From: Podarcis liolepis
Taxonomy: Eukaryota
Length of the DNA stretch: 64,000 bases
Direction: 5' to 3' (one strand)
Assembly: GCA_965112155.1 (NCBI GenBank)
Contig: OZ218101.1
The notes under the pieces were generated by a model that worked only from the letters and a program-made list of their open reading frames with translations, made no database searches and had not been told where the DNA came from. Below, one piece after another: positions 11,870 to 25,015 of this stretch (the stretch's first letter is position 1; each line of letters begins with the position of its first letter). The position numbers and the translations under genes are program-made.

Positions 11870-13073
11870 CTGCTGGCTGTTTTGTACAACTTCTATATTT
11901 GGGGGAGGGCTTTCTTCTTCTTTAATTTTTCTGTATTTACACCTTAATTGTTTCATGCTTTTTGTAAATGCCCTGGGAGTATGACTGAAGGGTGGCATAA
12001 AAAATAAATAAAGACTAGCCGATATTTTTGTAGGCAAGAAAGAAGATGGGAAGAAGGCAATGCTATAAATATCTCCATAACAGAATGAGACAGGAAGCCT
12101 CTTCGTCTGGAGATTTACCAGAGTCTCAGCAGTTTCTAAGAAATGTGGTAGCTCAGCCTGAGCTGAAACCTACAGAGAGTAGCTTCAATTGTTTTTCCTC
12201 TATTTCCTTTTTAACAATATCTTGTTACTTTAAACATGTTACTACTGTACATCCTTGGAAGCTTCTACAATACAGTTCCAAATAATAAAGGAATAAGAGC
12301 TGCAGTGGATCAGGCCAAAACCTCATCTAGTACAGCATCCTGTTTATCATCTGATCAGATCCTGCAGGAAGCACAAACAGGGGCATGGAGGCAATGGCTT
12401 CCCTTGCTCTCAAGCAAGTGGATTTCAGTGCCCTGCTGCCTCAGGAAGGAGCTCTGCACCAAGTTAGATCACTGGTCCTTCTAGCTCAGTATTATCTGTG
12501 CTGGGGTAGCCAACGTGGTACCCTTCAGCTGTTACTGGACCTCAGTTCCCATTACCCTGACATTGGTCATCCTGGCTGAGGATGATGGGGGCTGGAATCC
12601 CAACAATTTCTGGAGGTCACTATGTTGGCTTCCCTCCATCCATATTGTCTGCCAGCTTCTCTTTAGAGTTTCATTCAGGCTTCTTTCCTGGAAAAGCCAT
12701 GAGAATCTTCCTCATGTAATGCATGTGCTTTCCCACTGAGCTACATCCTTTCCCCTAAGTGTCTTATCACTCCCTTTCCACTAGACCCTCTTTTTCTGTT
12801 TGCATCCATCACATTTCTACCCACATTCCTATCAGTCCATGCTCCCCACTCACGTTAGACGCTTTCCCCAGCATTGGTGTCATCACAGAAACAACCACCA
12901 CTATGGCTAGACAGCCTGCATTTCCTTTTACGTTTTGCCCCCTTTTAATTCCATGTAATAATCTGCAAAATGCCTCGTGGTGGATTTGTTTGCTGGCTTT
13001 TGGTAAACTGGAAGTAATTATTTAGCTTCAGTCTGTTCACATGATGCGCTGTGCCATGCTTAAGTGTCTACTG

Positions 13074-13377
13074 CAGGGGCAGGCAACCTAAGGCCCGTAG
13101 GCCAGGATTGGCCTTCTCAATCCGGCCCGGGAATCACCGTGTTTTTACATGATTTGAATGTGTCCTTTTATTTTAAATGCATCTCTGGGTGATTTGCGGG
13201 GCCTGCCTGGTGTTTTTACAGGAGTAGAATCTGTGCTTTTATTTAAAATGCATCTCTGGGTTATTTGTGGGGCATAGGAATTCGTTCATATTTTTTTTCC
13301 AAAATATAGTCCGGCCCACCACATGGTCTGAGGGACGGTGGACCGGCCCACAGCTGGAAAACGGTTGCTGACCCCTG
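13074..13377. mobile_element. hAT MITE
   Basis: TIR CAGGGGCAGGCAACC / GGTTGCTGACCCCTG; 8-bp TSD GTCTACTG/GTCTATTG; internal tandem duplication of about 60 bp. Confidence 0.88.
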
Positions 13378-13617
13378 GTCTATTGTAAGTGCCCTACAGT
13401 GGCAAAAAGAAAGAAACTTGAATTTAATATCACGTGTAACTAATGTCTGTACAGGAGTTGCCTTCACCGTGCATACAGTCAATGCATGTGGAGTGGTGCG
13501 GCACTATATCCCACTAGCATATTAGCCATAAGGTGTTCACGCTGCAGGACTGCTGAGCATTTAGAACTGTACAGCATCACCAATAGCATTCCCCAATAGC
13601 TCCCATTGGTTCTAGCC

Positions 13618-13948
13618 CAGGGGTCTGCAACCTTTAAGACAAAAAGAGCCACTTGGACCCGTTTCCGAAGGAAAAAAACCTGGGAGCTGCAAAACCATTG
13701 CGACATTTAAAACAAATATATCTCCGGAGCCGCGATCTGACAGCGGGCGGGAAGGTGATGTTGGGACGGTGCGTGACTAACGCACGCACCGTCCCCATGC
13801 GATGTCACAGCCAGTACAGCGCCCGCCACAGTGGGGAGTGTCGGGGCGCACAATGCGCCTCCTCCCCTCGCTAGTATCCGCCCCGGAGCCGCGGCAAAGG
13901 TGTAAAAGAGCCACATGCGGCTCCGGAGCTGCGGGTTGCAGACCCCTG
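13618..13948. mobile_element. Young hAT MITE inserted in an older MITE
   Basis: Perfect TIR CAGGGGTCTGCAACC / GGTTGCAGACCCCTG, perfect TSD TTCTAGCC (13610-13617, 13949-13956), CpG retained. Confidence 0.93.
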
Positions 13949-15395
13949 TTCTAGCCAGTACAGCCATGCTGGCTGGAGCTGATGGGTGTTGTAGACCAAA
14001 AAATATGGAGCATGCCATGTTAGCAAAGGGTGCTGTACATTCATGGGATTCCATGCAACGTGAGATGTCCAGTTGCCCAGGATGCCAAATCATGTGGAGT
14101 GCCCATGCATGAAGAGTTCCACGTGTGTCGGAAGCCTTTGCAGACCTCCCAGCTAGTGTGCTGAGCGCTGGGGCCACTGGGACAGTCCCACTCCTCCTTT
14201 CCTGTGCACTTGGAGGCAGCACCTGAAAAGAGCTGGGATCCTTATGAATGTACAGTAACTGTTTTCAAAGACAAGGACTTTCAAAATTAACTTGCTGAAG
14301 AGTAAACTATGTCCGCAGAGGAAGATTTAGGGCAGCACGACTGGCTCTGCCGCCCTGGGTGCCAAGTCTAGGGGGCGCCCCAGGGCACCACAACTATTAC
14401 TGTTGCAAGTTGAACAGAATGGAAGGCAAAGGGGGGCAGATTTTGGGCTCACACAGGGTGCTGCTGAAATTTGAAAGACCCGCATCTGCCCCAGACATCC
14501 TCCTCATTTAGCTACCCAGTTCTTAACATGCTGAATTACTGCATGGAGGTCCTGAGAAAGAAAATGATAATTTACTAAGAAGGATAATTTAATATAATTG
14601 TTTCAAAAAGGTCAATTCTTCGCCTAAAAAAAAAAAAGAGGAATGGATGGAATGTAGAATTACAGCATCAAATACTCGCATTTCAGATTTCATTAATGCA
14701 ATTTCTGTATTGGCATAAGGCAGCCGAAAAGAACTGCTGTGTTACAGTGTCTCAGCATTCAGCACACTTGCAGGAAATTACTCACACTGGACAAGCTTTT
14801 ATCTGCTCCTCAGCTTGCCTTCATTACTGGAATGCCATTAGTCATGCTGCAGCCTTCCAAGGGTGAAGAGCCAGCCACACTGCCTTGGCACAGAGATGGC
14901 TTGCTACATTTTCTCCTTAGGAAAAACCTTCACAGTGCAGTGATTTGACTGACTTGAAAGACTTTTCAGACATTCAAACAGAGTGTAGAATCTCCTAAAT
15001 AAATAAAGCAAAGGGGGGTGGGGAATAGAGTGTAGAAAGAATTGCATTTTGTGTGTGTATGGGTTGAGAGGATAGAATCATAACAGTCATCTACACCCTC
15101 AATCTATGTGCATTTGTTTGAACAGCTGAAGAAAGAGAGAAAGTGTGTAACTTTAAGGAACATGTAAAATGAGTGAAATGCAAGTGTGTGCTTTTAAACA
15201 CATATTCTATATGCGAACATTTTATATTCTTAAATCTTTAAACAGTGGCAAACTGGAAAATAAAGATTTGTGTTTATGTAATGCTTTAAAATAGAAAGGG
15301 CTTTTAAAAACAACACGCAAGCAAGCCATTAGCTGTGGTTTTAATCATGTCCCAACCACCAGAATCTTTATCTATTATTTCAAATTGTATGCCGC

Positions 15396-16078
15396 TGTGC
15401 TGGTCCCGGGGGTAAGGTACCTTGGGTGTAGCAGAGTCCACACGAAGAGGGGCAAGGTCCGAGGCAGAGAGCCGGGCGGGGAACAGGTACGCTGGAACAG
15501 GAGGCTGTGCAGGGAACAGGAACACCGGATGGTCGGGAACAGGAGGCCGAGCAGGGAACAGGAGTACCGGATAGTCAGGAACAGGAAGCCGAGCAGGGAA
15601 CAGGAGTACCGGATAGTCAGGAACAGGAGGCCGAGCAGGGATCAGGAACACAGGAAGGTCCGAAGCCAACAACAACGTTGCTCCCGCAACCTGGGGCCGG
15701 GCTGACTGGGCTTTTATCCTCTTCTAAGGCCAGGGGCGGTCCCGGCCCCCAGGAGCCCCGCCTCCTCTGGCCTTAAGGCGAGCACTCCTCCTGGGGGCAA
15801 CCAGTTCCCTTCGCCTCTCTGCCCTAAGCCTCTGCAGATCAGGAGAGGCCGAAGGGTTACTGGGCCCTGGAGGAGGCTCACCTGTGGCCACTGAGTCGTC
15901 AAGCCTCTCTGGGGCCAGAAGGGTTTCACCTGGGGCCAGCTCCTGATGCACTGCCACAGGTGCAGGTTCTTCAGCATCTAGGCCTTGCCCCAGTTCAGCC
16001 GGCCCTGGAGGGGGGGACTCTTGTGCAGGCTGGGATTCCTCTGTTTCATCCTCCGAATCGGAATCCCAGGCCATCACA
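15396..16078 (-). mobile_element. Solo LTR (683 bp) with internal 42-bp tandem array
   Basis: TG...CA termini (TGTGCTGG / CCATCACA), perfect 5-bp TSD GCCGC (15391-15395, 16079-16083); TATA-like GGATAAAAG on the minus strand near 15712-15720. Confidence 0.9.
15468..15665. repeat. 42-bp minisatellite inside the LTR
   Basis: GCAGGG anchor recurs at 15509, 15551, 15593 and 15635. Confidence 0.92.
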
Positions 16079-19000
16079 GCCGCTTTCCCACATAAACGTA
16101 CTCAAAGCAGCAGTGAATGTGACCACAAGAAATGCAAATCAATACAACACTGTAGTAACAGTCTAAATGCTAGTTCATTTCAGAACATATCAATCCAAAT
16201 AAATAATTCATTACGATAATATGGATATTATAACATTTTAAATTCATTTTAACTGGCCATTAAAACCTATCAATTGATTATTATTTGGTTACAATATATA
16301 AACCAGGGGCATATTTGATCAACATTTCCAGTTGTTAACAATAACTTAACAAGCAAACAATACACAGACATGCCATGTCAATTGGTATAAAATCTAAGAA
16401 ACTGCACATTTTATTCATGGAAGTTAAAAATTAAAGTGCAGTTATTAGGAGCTTGAGCATATACTATGAAGCGCTCAAATTCAGCCGCATAGGGAGCCAC
16501 TCTTCTGTTGACAATAGATGACACCCATCACCTCCTTTAGTTTGACCTCTTATCCCAGACCCCCATTAAAGCCATCAGATAACCACAAAAATTTAGAGTG
16601 TATCTATGAAACCAAACCACCTCTAACATGGAAGTGGTTCAGCCTGACCCCTTCCCTTCCCTGGCTCTCATCCTATAATTAATACAATGCTCATACCTTC
16701 CACCATCATACCATCACACTCTGCACATTGCATTCATTTAAAAGTGTACCATGGTTTTCAGTCTGTTCCCTCTTTTAGTCTCCTTTTTGGAGAGCCATCA
16801 ATGCCCCTCCAATGGCAGGCAGACTATGACAACATCATGGGCAAATACAGTGGGTTGAACCCAGAATTCTGTGAACGCTCATGGAAGAGGGGGCTCTTAG
16901 GTCCTGCCTTCAGGCTTCCTCTAGGCATCTGGTTGGCCACTCTTGAGAATCAGACGCTGAACCAGGTGGGCCTTTGCACTGATCTAGCAGAGCTCTTACA
17001 TCTCCCTTCACCCTACGCCACATGCCACAATCGGTGCTGTAAGGTCAGGGAACCTTTCTGAAAGGTGTGGGAGATGCCACAGGGAGGTTACAGAAGGAAA
17101 GAGGACTTGGCTAGAATTGCCCTCTCCATGCTTCTTCTCTTAGAAGCTTTTGCTGGATCCAACCCCCTGCTGTGAATGGGAGTAACATGAACCAAAATCC
17201 TCCTTCTATTCAAAAAAGGGCACCTTTGGATCCAGCCCAATGTTTTCATAGCATCCGAATCAGCTCATGGAGATACTGAATTACCCTGACAGCTGGAATT
17301 TACCGCATCTGAAGCTTCTGCCCTCTGCACACAGTAGTCATATTTTACACTTTGATGTTTATCAAACTCTACATTTTATTTCACAGAATGGATCTGTCTA
17401 GATAGCTACAACTCTCTCCATTCTGTCAATAAATCTGCTGAGTCATTTTGCCTGCTAGAAAGAAGCAAACATCTGTGAAAATTCATAGTTGACTGACTCC
17501 CATTAAAATAAATGGAAGCCATGCAACCAAACCATTACAGATGCCTCAGTGGGTGGGGGGGGGGGGAAGGATCAAGCTGGTAAATCTGAAACTGTGGCAG
17601 CATCTTTTGTTCTAAGCCCACTACATATCCGGAGAGCCACATGCAGAGTATGTGCACATGTTTAACATTGCTCCAAAGCATCTTTTGTAAAGTGCTCCTC
17701 AAGAATCCCCAAATGGTTGTTTTTAAGAGTGGGTTTTTAGAAAACTATTGGATATTCTTTGAGGTCACCTACAGAAAAGGATACTTTTAAAACTTGGGGT
17801 GTTCATATGGATTGTGTACACTGCACACCTCTAGATATTAGCAAAACCTTGCAATTGTCACTTTTCTATTCAGAGATTGTGTTATCACCGAACTAGGGAA
17901 TGAACCAAAATTCAGTGCTTAAACTGAAATATATTAAAGCACTGTCATAGGCTTATTACAATAAAGAACATTTCTGTCAACAATCCAGCAATCCTATACA
18001 GAATAATTTGAACTAATTGAATTGCATCACATCCAAGGCTTCTGGGGACTCTGATGGTCATGCAAAGTTGTGTGCATCATCCAAGAATGTCCCATTATAC
18101 ACAATCCAGTTGCGAATGCAGAATATTCTTGCAACTGAAGTGAGCGGGGAACTCCATATTCATACAGAGCTCTTCTTTTAAGTGTTGAATTAGGTGTTTC
18201 AAACAACAGTACGTAGGATCAAAAATGAAGATGGAGGAGAGGGTTGGATAGGAAATCTGTGCGATTCAAATCAGGTGGAAACTGAAAGGGTTGGAATGTT
18301 TTCTGAAAGGGGCTATGAGGTGATTACAGCTCCAGTAATTGTTTCGCCCAGCCATTCCTTTAGGGCAATCGCTTCAATAAGAGGTGCCAAGAGATGGATG
18401 GAGAGATCTAAATGCAAACATTCTGCAAACAGCTTAATGCTTAAATGTAGTGGAAAAGAATTGACATCACAAATGCCCCAAAGCCAAGCATATAGATTGC
18501 ATACATCAGTTTAAACAAAACAAAAACAAAAACACACCAAGTGTTTCATACATTAATCCTGGAATATTGAATTCAGACAGGAAAATATAAACCCAAATGC
18601 TTCTAGGATAATAGAATGGGTTTGTATTGAATGTATTTATAGTTTCTTATTAGCCCTGTTCAGGCACCGTTCTCTGTGTTTCCATGTAAGCAATCAAACA
18701 AGAGAGAGCAGAGGCACACTGCCAAACCTTGCCCCCTCGGGCGTATCATTTAAGACCCTCATTGTGCAGGCTTCTGAATCATGCAGGGAGCCCGCAGGAG
18801 ACGAGGAGGCTCCCGGCTGCAGACTTTCACCCTCCAACTGGTAGAGGGGATGCACATGGAATGAAGATGATCTGCTGGAGTGGGCAGGGCTTGGCAGAGT
18901 GCCCTGACCCCTTCCTCACATGACTGCTTAGACGTGAGTTCAGAGAGTGCCTGAATAGGGCTTTGTCAATAATCTTCTATTAAGCACAAAATAGAAAACA

Positions 19001-22000
19001 TAGCCAGTGTGATATCTAGTGGCCTCAAGTACTTGCTTGCAGGGCTTCCTATCAGCAACTGGCTGGCCAATGTGGGAAACAGGATGTGGGCCTAGATAGG
19101 CCTTTGGTCTGAGCCAGCAGAACTCTCCTTATGTTCTTAACCTCTATGACCGACTACCATAATAAGCTTTACACTTGGCCACCCTTGTAGATGATTCAGA
19201 AGCTTCCATTGATGTAGAAAGTGGCAGCATGCCTTTTGGCAGATAAAGCAAAAGGATATTCATCCAATTCTGTAACAATGGCAGTAATTTCCAGTTAGCT
19301 TCTGGGACCAATTCACCATTTTGTTTTTGTTTTTAAAGTGTATAGCTCTTTGCAGTCTTGGGCTTACAGACCTCAGGGAGCAGTTCTCATTTTTGCCTTC
19401 TTCTGCCAATTAAGAGGCTCTTGTCTCCTCAGTGATCTTGCTCTGGCAAGAAGTAGGGCTTTAACTGTGATAGCTCCAAGGGCTATGGAGCAGCTTCAAA
19501 GAGGAGGTTCACCACTACACTTATCTTACGGCCTTTGAGGTGGGTTGAGGGCATTAGATTCAAGTCATTTGGCAGCTGATAGTGGAGATACTGGCTACCG
19601 CATTGTTGCCCTCATTTCATTATGCAGTTTTTGTTTTTGGGCTTCTTCTTTTTCTATTCATTTTTTTTTAATTATTTTTAATGCATTGAGTTATGAGGTT
19701 GTTTTGTATTTTAAGACACCTCTAGCTTGGGAGAAGAAATGAATGTGTGAATAAGTCACAAATTGAGTAACCCTTTCCCCAGCAGACATAATTAAAGCTG
19801 TAAACCACTTAGAGGTTCTGTTTACAGTCAAGTGGTAGATACACTTTGTTAAGTAAATACATAAATAAAGTCTGCAAGGGACCACAAAGTCTGCCCTTGT
19901 TGGTCAGAAAAAAAATAATAGATATGAGATGGGATCCAGCCTAGGGGGACTCTCGCTATCCTGTTTCCCACTCTGGCATAATCATGCAGTGATAAGACTG
20001 TACCATTTGCTGAATTTCTATTAAAGCCACAGCACCTTTATGAAGGAGCAGGAGGTTAGCTGTCTTATATGCACCCCCACCATTTGTTCTTCAACATGAA
20101 GAAGTATCAGTCCCTTTAGAGAGTTTTTAGATCACTTTGATCATTTCATTGTGTGTTTCTCTCACGCTTTCCCACCAATGCTGGACGATCTGGAGCATAC
20201 AGGAAGAGTCTGTGCTAGGGCTCTGTCATATGTTCGGGTTCAATATCCTGAGGCAAGAGTTAACACGGTGTTTTTATTAAAAAGCAGATACAACAAAAGC
20301 TACTGGTTTTCTGCAGGAGCTCCATCAGCCAGTCAAGCTCCACTCACTCGCACTGTTATCCAGGAATCAACTTTAAACCACCATCTGAATGTTTCTTGTA
20401 AGGTCTCTAACTTCCTACAATCACCACAGGATCCTCTCTGTGTCAGAAATGCTCTAGTTTTCTGGAGAGGGTAACAATGGTGTTGAAAAAGGAGTGACAA
20501 AGTATCTGGGTGTGGTCTGAGGACATGTGATGCATTCACCCAGCTGAAGAAAAGCAAGTCTGAGTCTGGTCATTGTTTAGTTGGGAATTCCATGTAGGCC
20601 ACCTTCATTTCCACGGTGGAAGAAAGGCAAGATACAATTGTACCAAAAATCTACCATGCAGATCTTCTAATATTATTAAGAGGCGCACTGCAGGGGTTAC
20701 TACTCATTGAAAGTCCCATCAAAGGGGTTCTTGTGTTCAAGCGGTAGCTACTCCCGTTGTTTTCCACATATAGAGATCTGGTTTTGAAACAAACATTGAC
20801 AGGATATACCAAATAAATAAATGAGCCCACCTAATGGGTACCACTTGAGCTACAAAACACCTTGTGATTGAATTTTTCCATTTGCTTCTTGCATCAGAGA
20901 TACTTGCTCGTTTTTGAGTCTCAATAAGCAAACAAGCCAGTGGTAATGTTTACAATTAAGTCAGAGTAGCAACTGATTAAACATTTAACAGATCTAAATT
21001 GGAACAATATCTCTCAGCAGCCCCAGCAGTTTGCTTCCCTGGAGCATTTTGGCTAAAGTGAAAAGCTTGGTGTTGTCGATATACAAATATAGTTCAACCT
21101 TGATTAAATAAAAAGCAGCACCAGTGTTTCATAGGGGAATACAAAGGAGTAAGGAATAATACAAATGTTCCAAGGACACACGTACTTACATACATTAAAT
21201 TTGCAATTCTGAGGCTGATATAAAAGCAGCAGTAAAGATCCAGTGTGGATTTGGATGTGGCAGATCCAGACAAGTTTCCTTCACACATCCATTTTTCCCT
21301 ACATTGTTACTACATCTGCACTTGTTCTCTCTCATACTATTCCTGTGAAGAGATAAGGCCAAAAATTGATACTAAACAGGGATATGTTCCATCTTTCCTT
21401 CCCCCAACCTCTGCTGAGTGAGGCTCCAGGAGAGTTTATTTCCCCTTCCGTTATGGCGTCACACAGCCAAGTCTGTTTGGCAATATAGTGCCGTGATGTC
21501 ATTCTATTGACTCTCTGGTCCCTAATTGGCTAGAATGATGCAGCGAGAAGCCCTTTCAACTACAAAATAAAAAATGGAGCTTAAATAGCAGTCAGATCTG
21601 GAAAGCAACAGCCATGAATAAAATGTGAAGGGGTGGAAGATATTGATGTAGACACTGTAGCACACAAACACACACACACACACACCACATAGCACTTTTA
21701 CATCCACAACTGAGTCAAATGGAAATGTGGTGCTGCACTAATATTGACATTGTGCTGTGTGATGAGAAAAATATGTGAATTCATACTGGAAACAGGAACC
21801 CTACTCAAAAGACACTCTTTGGTCTATACTTCTTGGTCCTCTACAACTGTTACAGACGGCTGCTTCTATACTTGCCTCATATTTCTCAGTTCTGTTTTTT
21901 ATGTTACATCATGTGTAGTGTAGATGCCACTAAACCCTGCTTCTGCAGGGCAGTGTCTTTCTTTCCAGTCTTTTATTGATGATTTCTACTGTTTATTCAT

Positions 22001-22292
22001 ATATAAAAGAAAAATAATAATAACAACAGCATGTTATCCTCACACTCTATTTTCCAGTGATGGGTTAAACTGAATTATCTAGAAACTCAAGCACACTTCA
22101 GGAATAATTAAAGCCTGGAAGATTTTTTTTACAAGGCCATGGCATTTCTCCCTCCCACTTCTAAACTCTCAAACGAATATCAGGAAAAGGCATAATGGTG
22201 TAATTTAATATTATTAATGGGTCTATATGGCTAATTTAATTTCTGAGAAATTCTTGTAGGGAAATGAGATATACGGAAGGGAAGCAAAAGGG

Positions 22293-22293
<1 letters not shown>

Positions 22294-22339
<46 letters not shown>

Positions 22340-22341
22340 TC
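22294..22341. repeat. (TTTC)n microsatellite
   Basis: About 12 units with one slip. Confidence 0.95.
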
Positions 22342-24114
22342 ACAAAGTTTCAGGTCTACATTTTTATGCTACATCAATATTGAAAAATTGGAGTCTCAAA
22401 TGTCTTTTTCATTTCAAATATATATTAGGGCTGTATTTGTACCTAGCTATTCATCCATGATTTCTAGTGGGATTTATTTGCCCATCATCTGTTGGTATCC
22501 TAAATTTGTATGATGTTATGCAGGTGTGCACTTTTTTCATTAAAAAGGAAGTTTATAGTGACGAAAAAGAAAATGTACCTGTACATTATACATAAACATA
22601 GAAGACATGGGTCAACTATGGAATCATACCAACACAGTTTCATCAAGGGGAGGGAATGATAAGTCTTTTTCTTCCCTTTGCTCCTTGTAGGAGCATGCTG
22701 CTGCTTCTCCTCAGGCCAAGATATCACACAGGCAGTGCAATCACAAGTCTTCTAACATGCCATCTCCAATGACAAAGTACACTGAGGGATCCAGCCATCA
22801 CTAGGGCTTCCACTTGGTCATGGATTTCTCGGGGAAGAGGTAATGGTGAGAGAAGGCCTCTCTGCATGCTGTCTCAATGTAAAAACCACACAGACAGATT
22901 TGACAGGTTATACCTCTCTGCAACTCTTCAGAACTGACTGATTCCCTCCTCCTAGCCTTCGGAACTGTTATCATCTCATCTACGTTAGCATGAGCTGCCA
23001 GAACAGTTCTAGTTGCCTGAAGCTACACAAGGCTGGCACAGTCATTAGCCAGAATGGGGTAGCTGCTTCCTATGGCATATGGCAAGTGATGGGGGTGGTG
23101 ACAAGGCATTAGAGGACAGCACTGCATGTGTCACACAGTCCACTTTGCACCATCTGAGCTAGCCTGCTGCCCTTGGATTCCTGGAGGATGTTGGTCTGTC
23201 ACCAGTGTTGAATCTACTGTGAACCCAGACTTATTTTGTACATGGAATAAAGCAGGGAGGGTGCCATTTTGCTCTTCCTCAACCTTGTGCCCTCCAGATG
23301 TTTTGAACTACAACGTCCATCATCTCTGCTGGTTGGCAGAGCTGATGGGAGCCAGGAGTTCAACAACATCTTTTGACCCATGCAGCTACAGCCATTCAAG
23401 TTTGGGCAAATCCTTGAAAAATTCTTAAGTCCTGGTGGGATCGGGCCTTTAAAGTATGACGGTCCTGTGTTCTTAAAAGTGACACTGTCTTTTCTACCCA
23501 AAATCTTCATGAATAAGATGACAATGGAAATAGATTAAAGAGAAAATATTTCTGTGTTGAGTTAACTTTGTACATCTGGCGGTATTGTCTGTGTTGACAG
23601 CTTAGTGCTTCTGGTAGCCAGGTTTATTCTCATATGCCAGAGATTAGCAAACGAAGCAGTAAAAGAGGAAACAGCCAAAATCAGATGTACATGTACCATC
23701 ACAAGGAAATATGCCAGTATGTTTGGGGAACCTTGTCAAAAACATGAATTCTACTAAACCACACTATCAACAAAAATACTAATTTTAAATAAGCATTTCA
23801 AAGGGTTGATTCTTCACTAGAGACCTTTACTACTCATTGGGCATTGCATACCATAAATGGAATTGAAATAGAAGCTCCATACAGTATTTAATACTGTAAT
23901 ATGATACTTTTTTATCCAGCAGGGCCTTTCACCATGGCCCAAACATTTCTATAATATTTACAAACAAATAAATCCCAGCCAGCAAAGGTCCTTTCCATTG
24001 TTAATCAATGTGATGCTGTGGATACTGCCCATTTTATTGCCTGCTGTCGAGCACAGCTAGGCTACTAGTGATGAACTGTCCCATGATTGCCCTTAGAATA
24101 CCTTCTCTTAGGGT

Positions 24115-24430
24115 GCTTCCAGATGACCTGTTTATTGAACATTCATCCTGATTTCTTTGCAAATTAGATGACAGTGGCTATTTAATGAGCATTAGTTCTG
24201 ATTCTTTTGTGTGTGTGGAGAGATTAGATGATGTTGTGTCAAACCAAGTGCTATTCCACACTTTCCAGCACATTTCCCCACGACTTTCCTTACTGCAAAC
24301 CACCACCACCCCCATGTTTTGGGGAAGCGGGTTTGTTGTGCAAGACCTCCAAATCAACTATAATTGTTCAAACAAAATTTGCTGGTATGTGATTAAATCC
24401 TACCCAAAAATAGTGAGTCTGGAAGTGTCG
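24115..24430. repeat. Unclassified interspersed repeat (related copy ~29000-29235)
   Basis: Both loci share ACCTGTTTATT...CATTCAT.CTGATTT and GGGAAGC.GGTTTGTTG..CAAGACCTCC. Confidence 0.6.
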
Positions 24431-24930
24431 TTAATTGCACAATGCCTGTTTTTGTCCCTGGAGGAGGCTGCATTTACTTTTTCCCTTGCATTTTTCTTTT
24501 ACTTTTTTAGCAAAATAGTGTGGTTCGGCTACTGAAAAATATGAAAGGAAGACGAGTATCCTAGTAATTAAAACCTTTATACTATCCTATAGAAACAGAA
24601 ATTGGCATTGGGGAAATTCCAAAAGGCTATTGAAGAAGGGGAGGAAGTATTTCTGAGCAGAAAGGACAGGAAACTGCCGAAAGGTTTCTGAGCAAGTGAC
24701 TCTCTCTCTCTGATGACACTGTCGGTTGGGGTAGCTCACCAAAACATATGACACGCAACACATGATGACATTTTGCTAGCTGCTGGACAAGTCAATGCAG
24801 TTTGGGGTAGCCTCTAAAATTTCAGGTGTGGGGAGCAGGTGAGAAAAAGCTTACTTGAATACTTAGAATGCAAACTATGGTTTCAACTCTAGGTTCGGTT
24901 CAGGTGTGACATCTCGGCCGAACCAACATT

Positions 24931-25015
24931 GTTGTTGTTATTGTTTAGTCGTTTAGTCATGTCTGACTCTTCGTGACCTCATGGACCAGAGCATGCCAGG
25001 CACTCCTGTCTTCAT
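24931..25015 (-). mobile_element. RTE/BovB-type LINE 3' fragment
   Basis: (CAA)n-type tail (GTTGTTGTT) followed by TTAGTCGTTTAGTCATGTCTGACTCTTCGTGAC.CATGGAC; TSD AACCAACATT/AACCAGCATT. Confidence 0.8.

Noticed and set aside
11736-11984. Poly-tyrosine protein
   Set aside because: Translation of an (ATT)n microsatellite
13479-14222. Overlapping ORFs up to 171 aa
   Set aside because: They cross MITE boundaries; the minus-strand acceptor near 14223 gives no recognisable peptide in any frame
15468-15665. CRISPR-like periodic repeat
   Set aside because: Head-to-tail 42-bp units without unique spacers, inside a vertebrate LTR, with no cas genes
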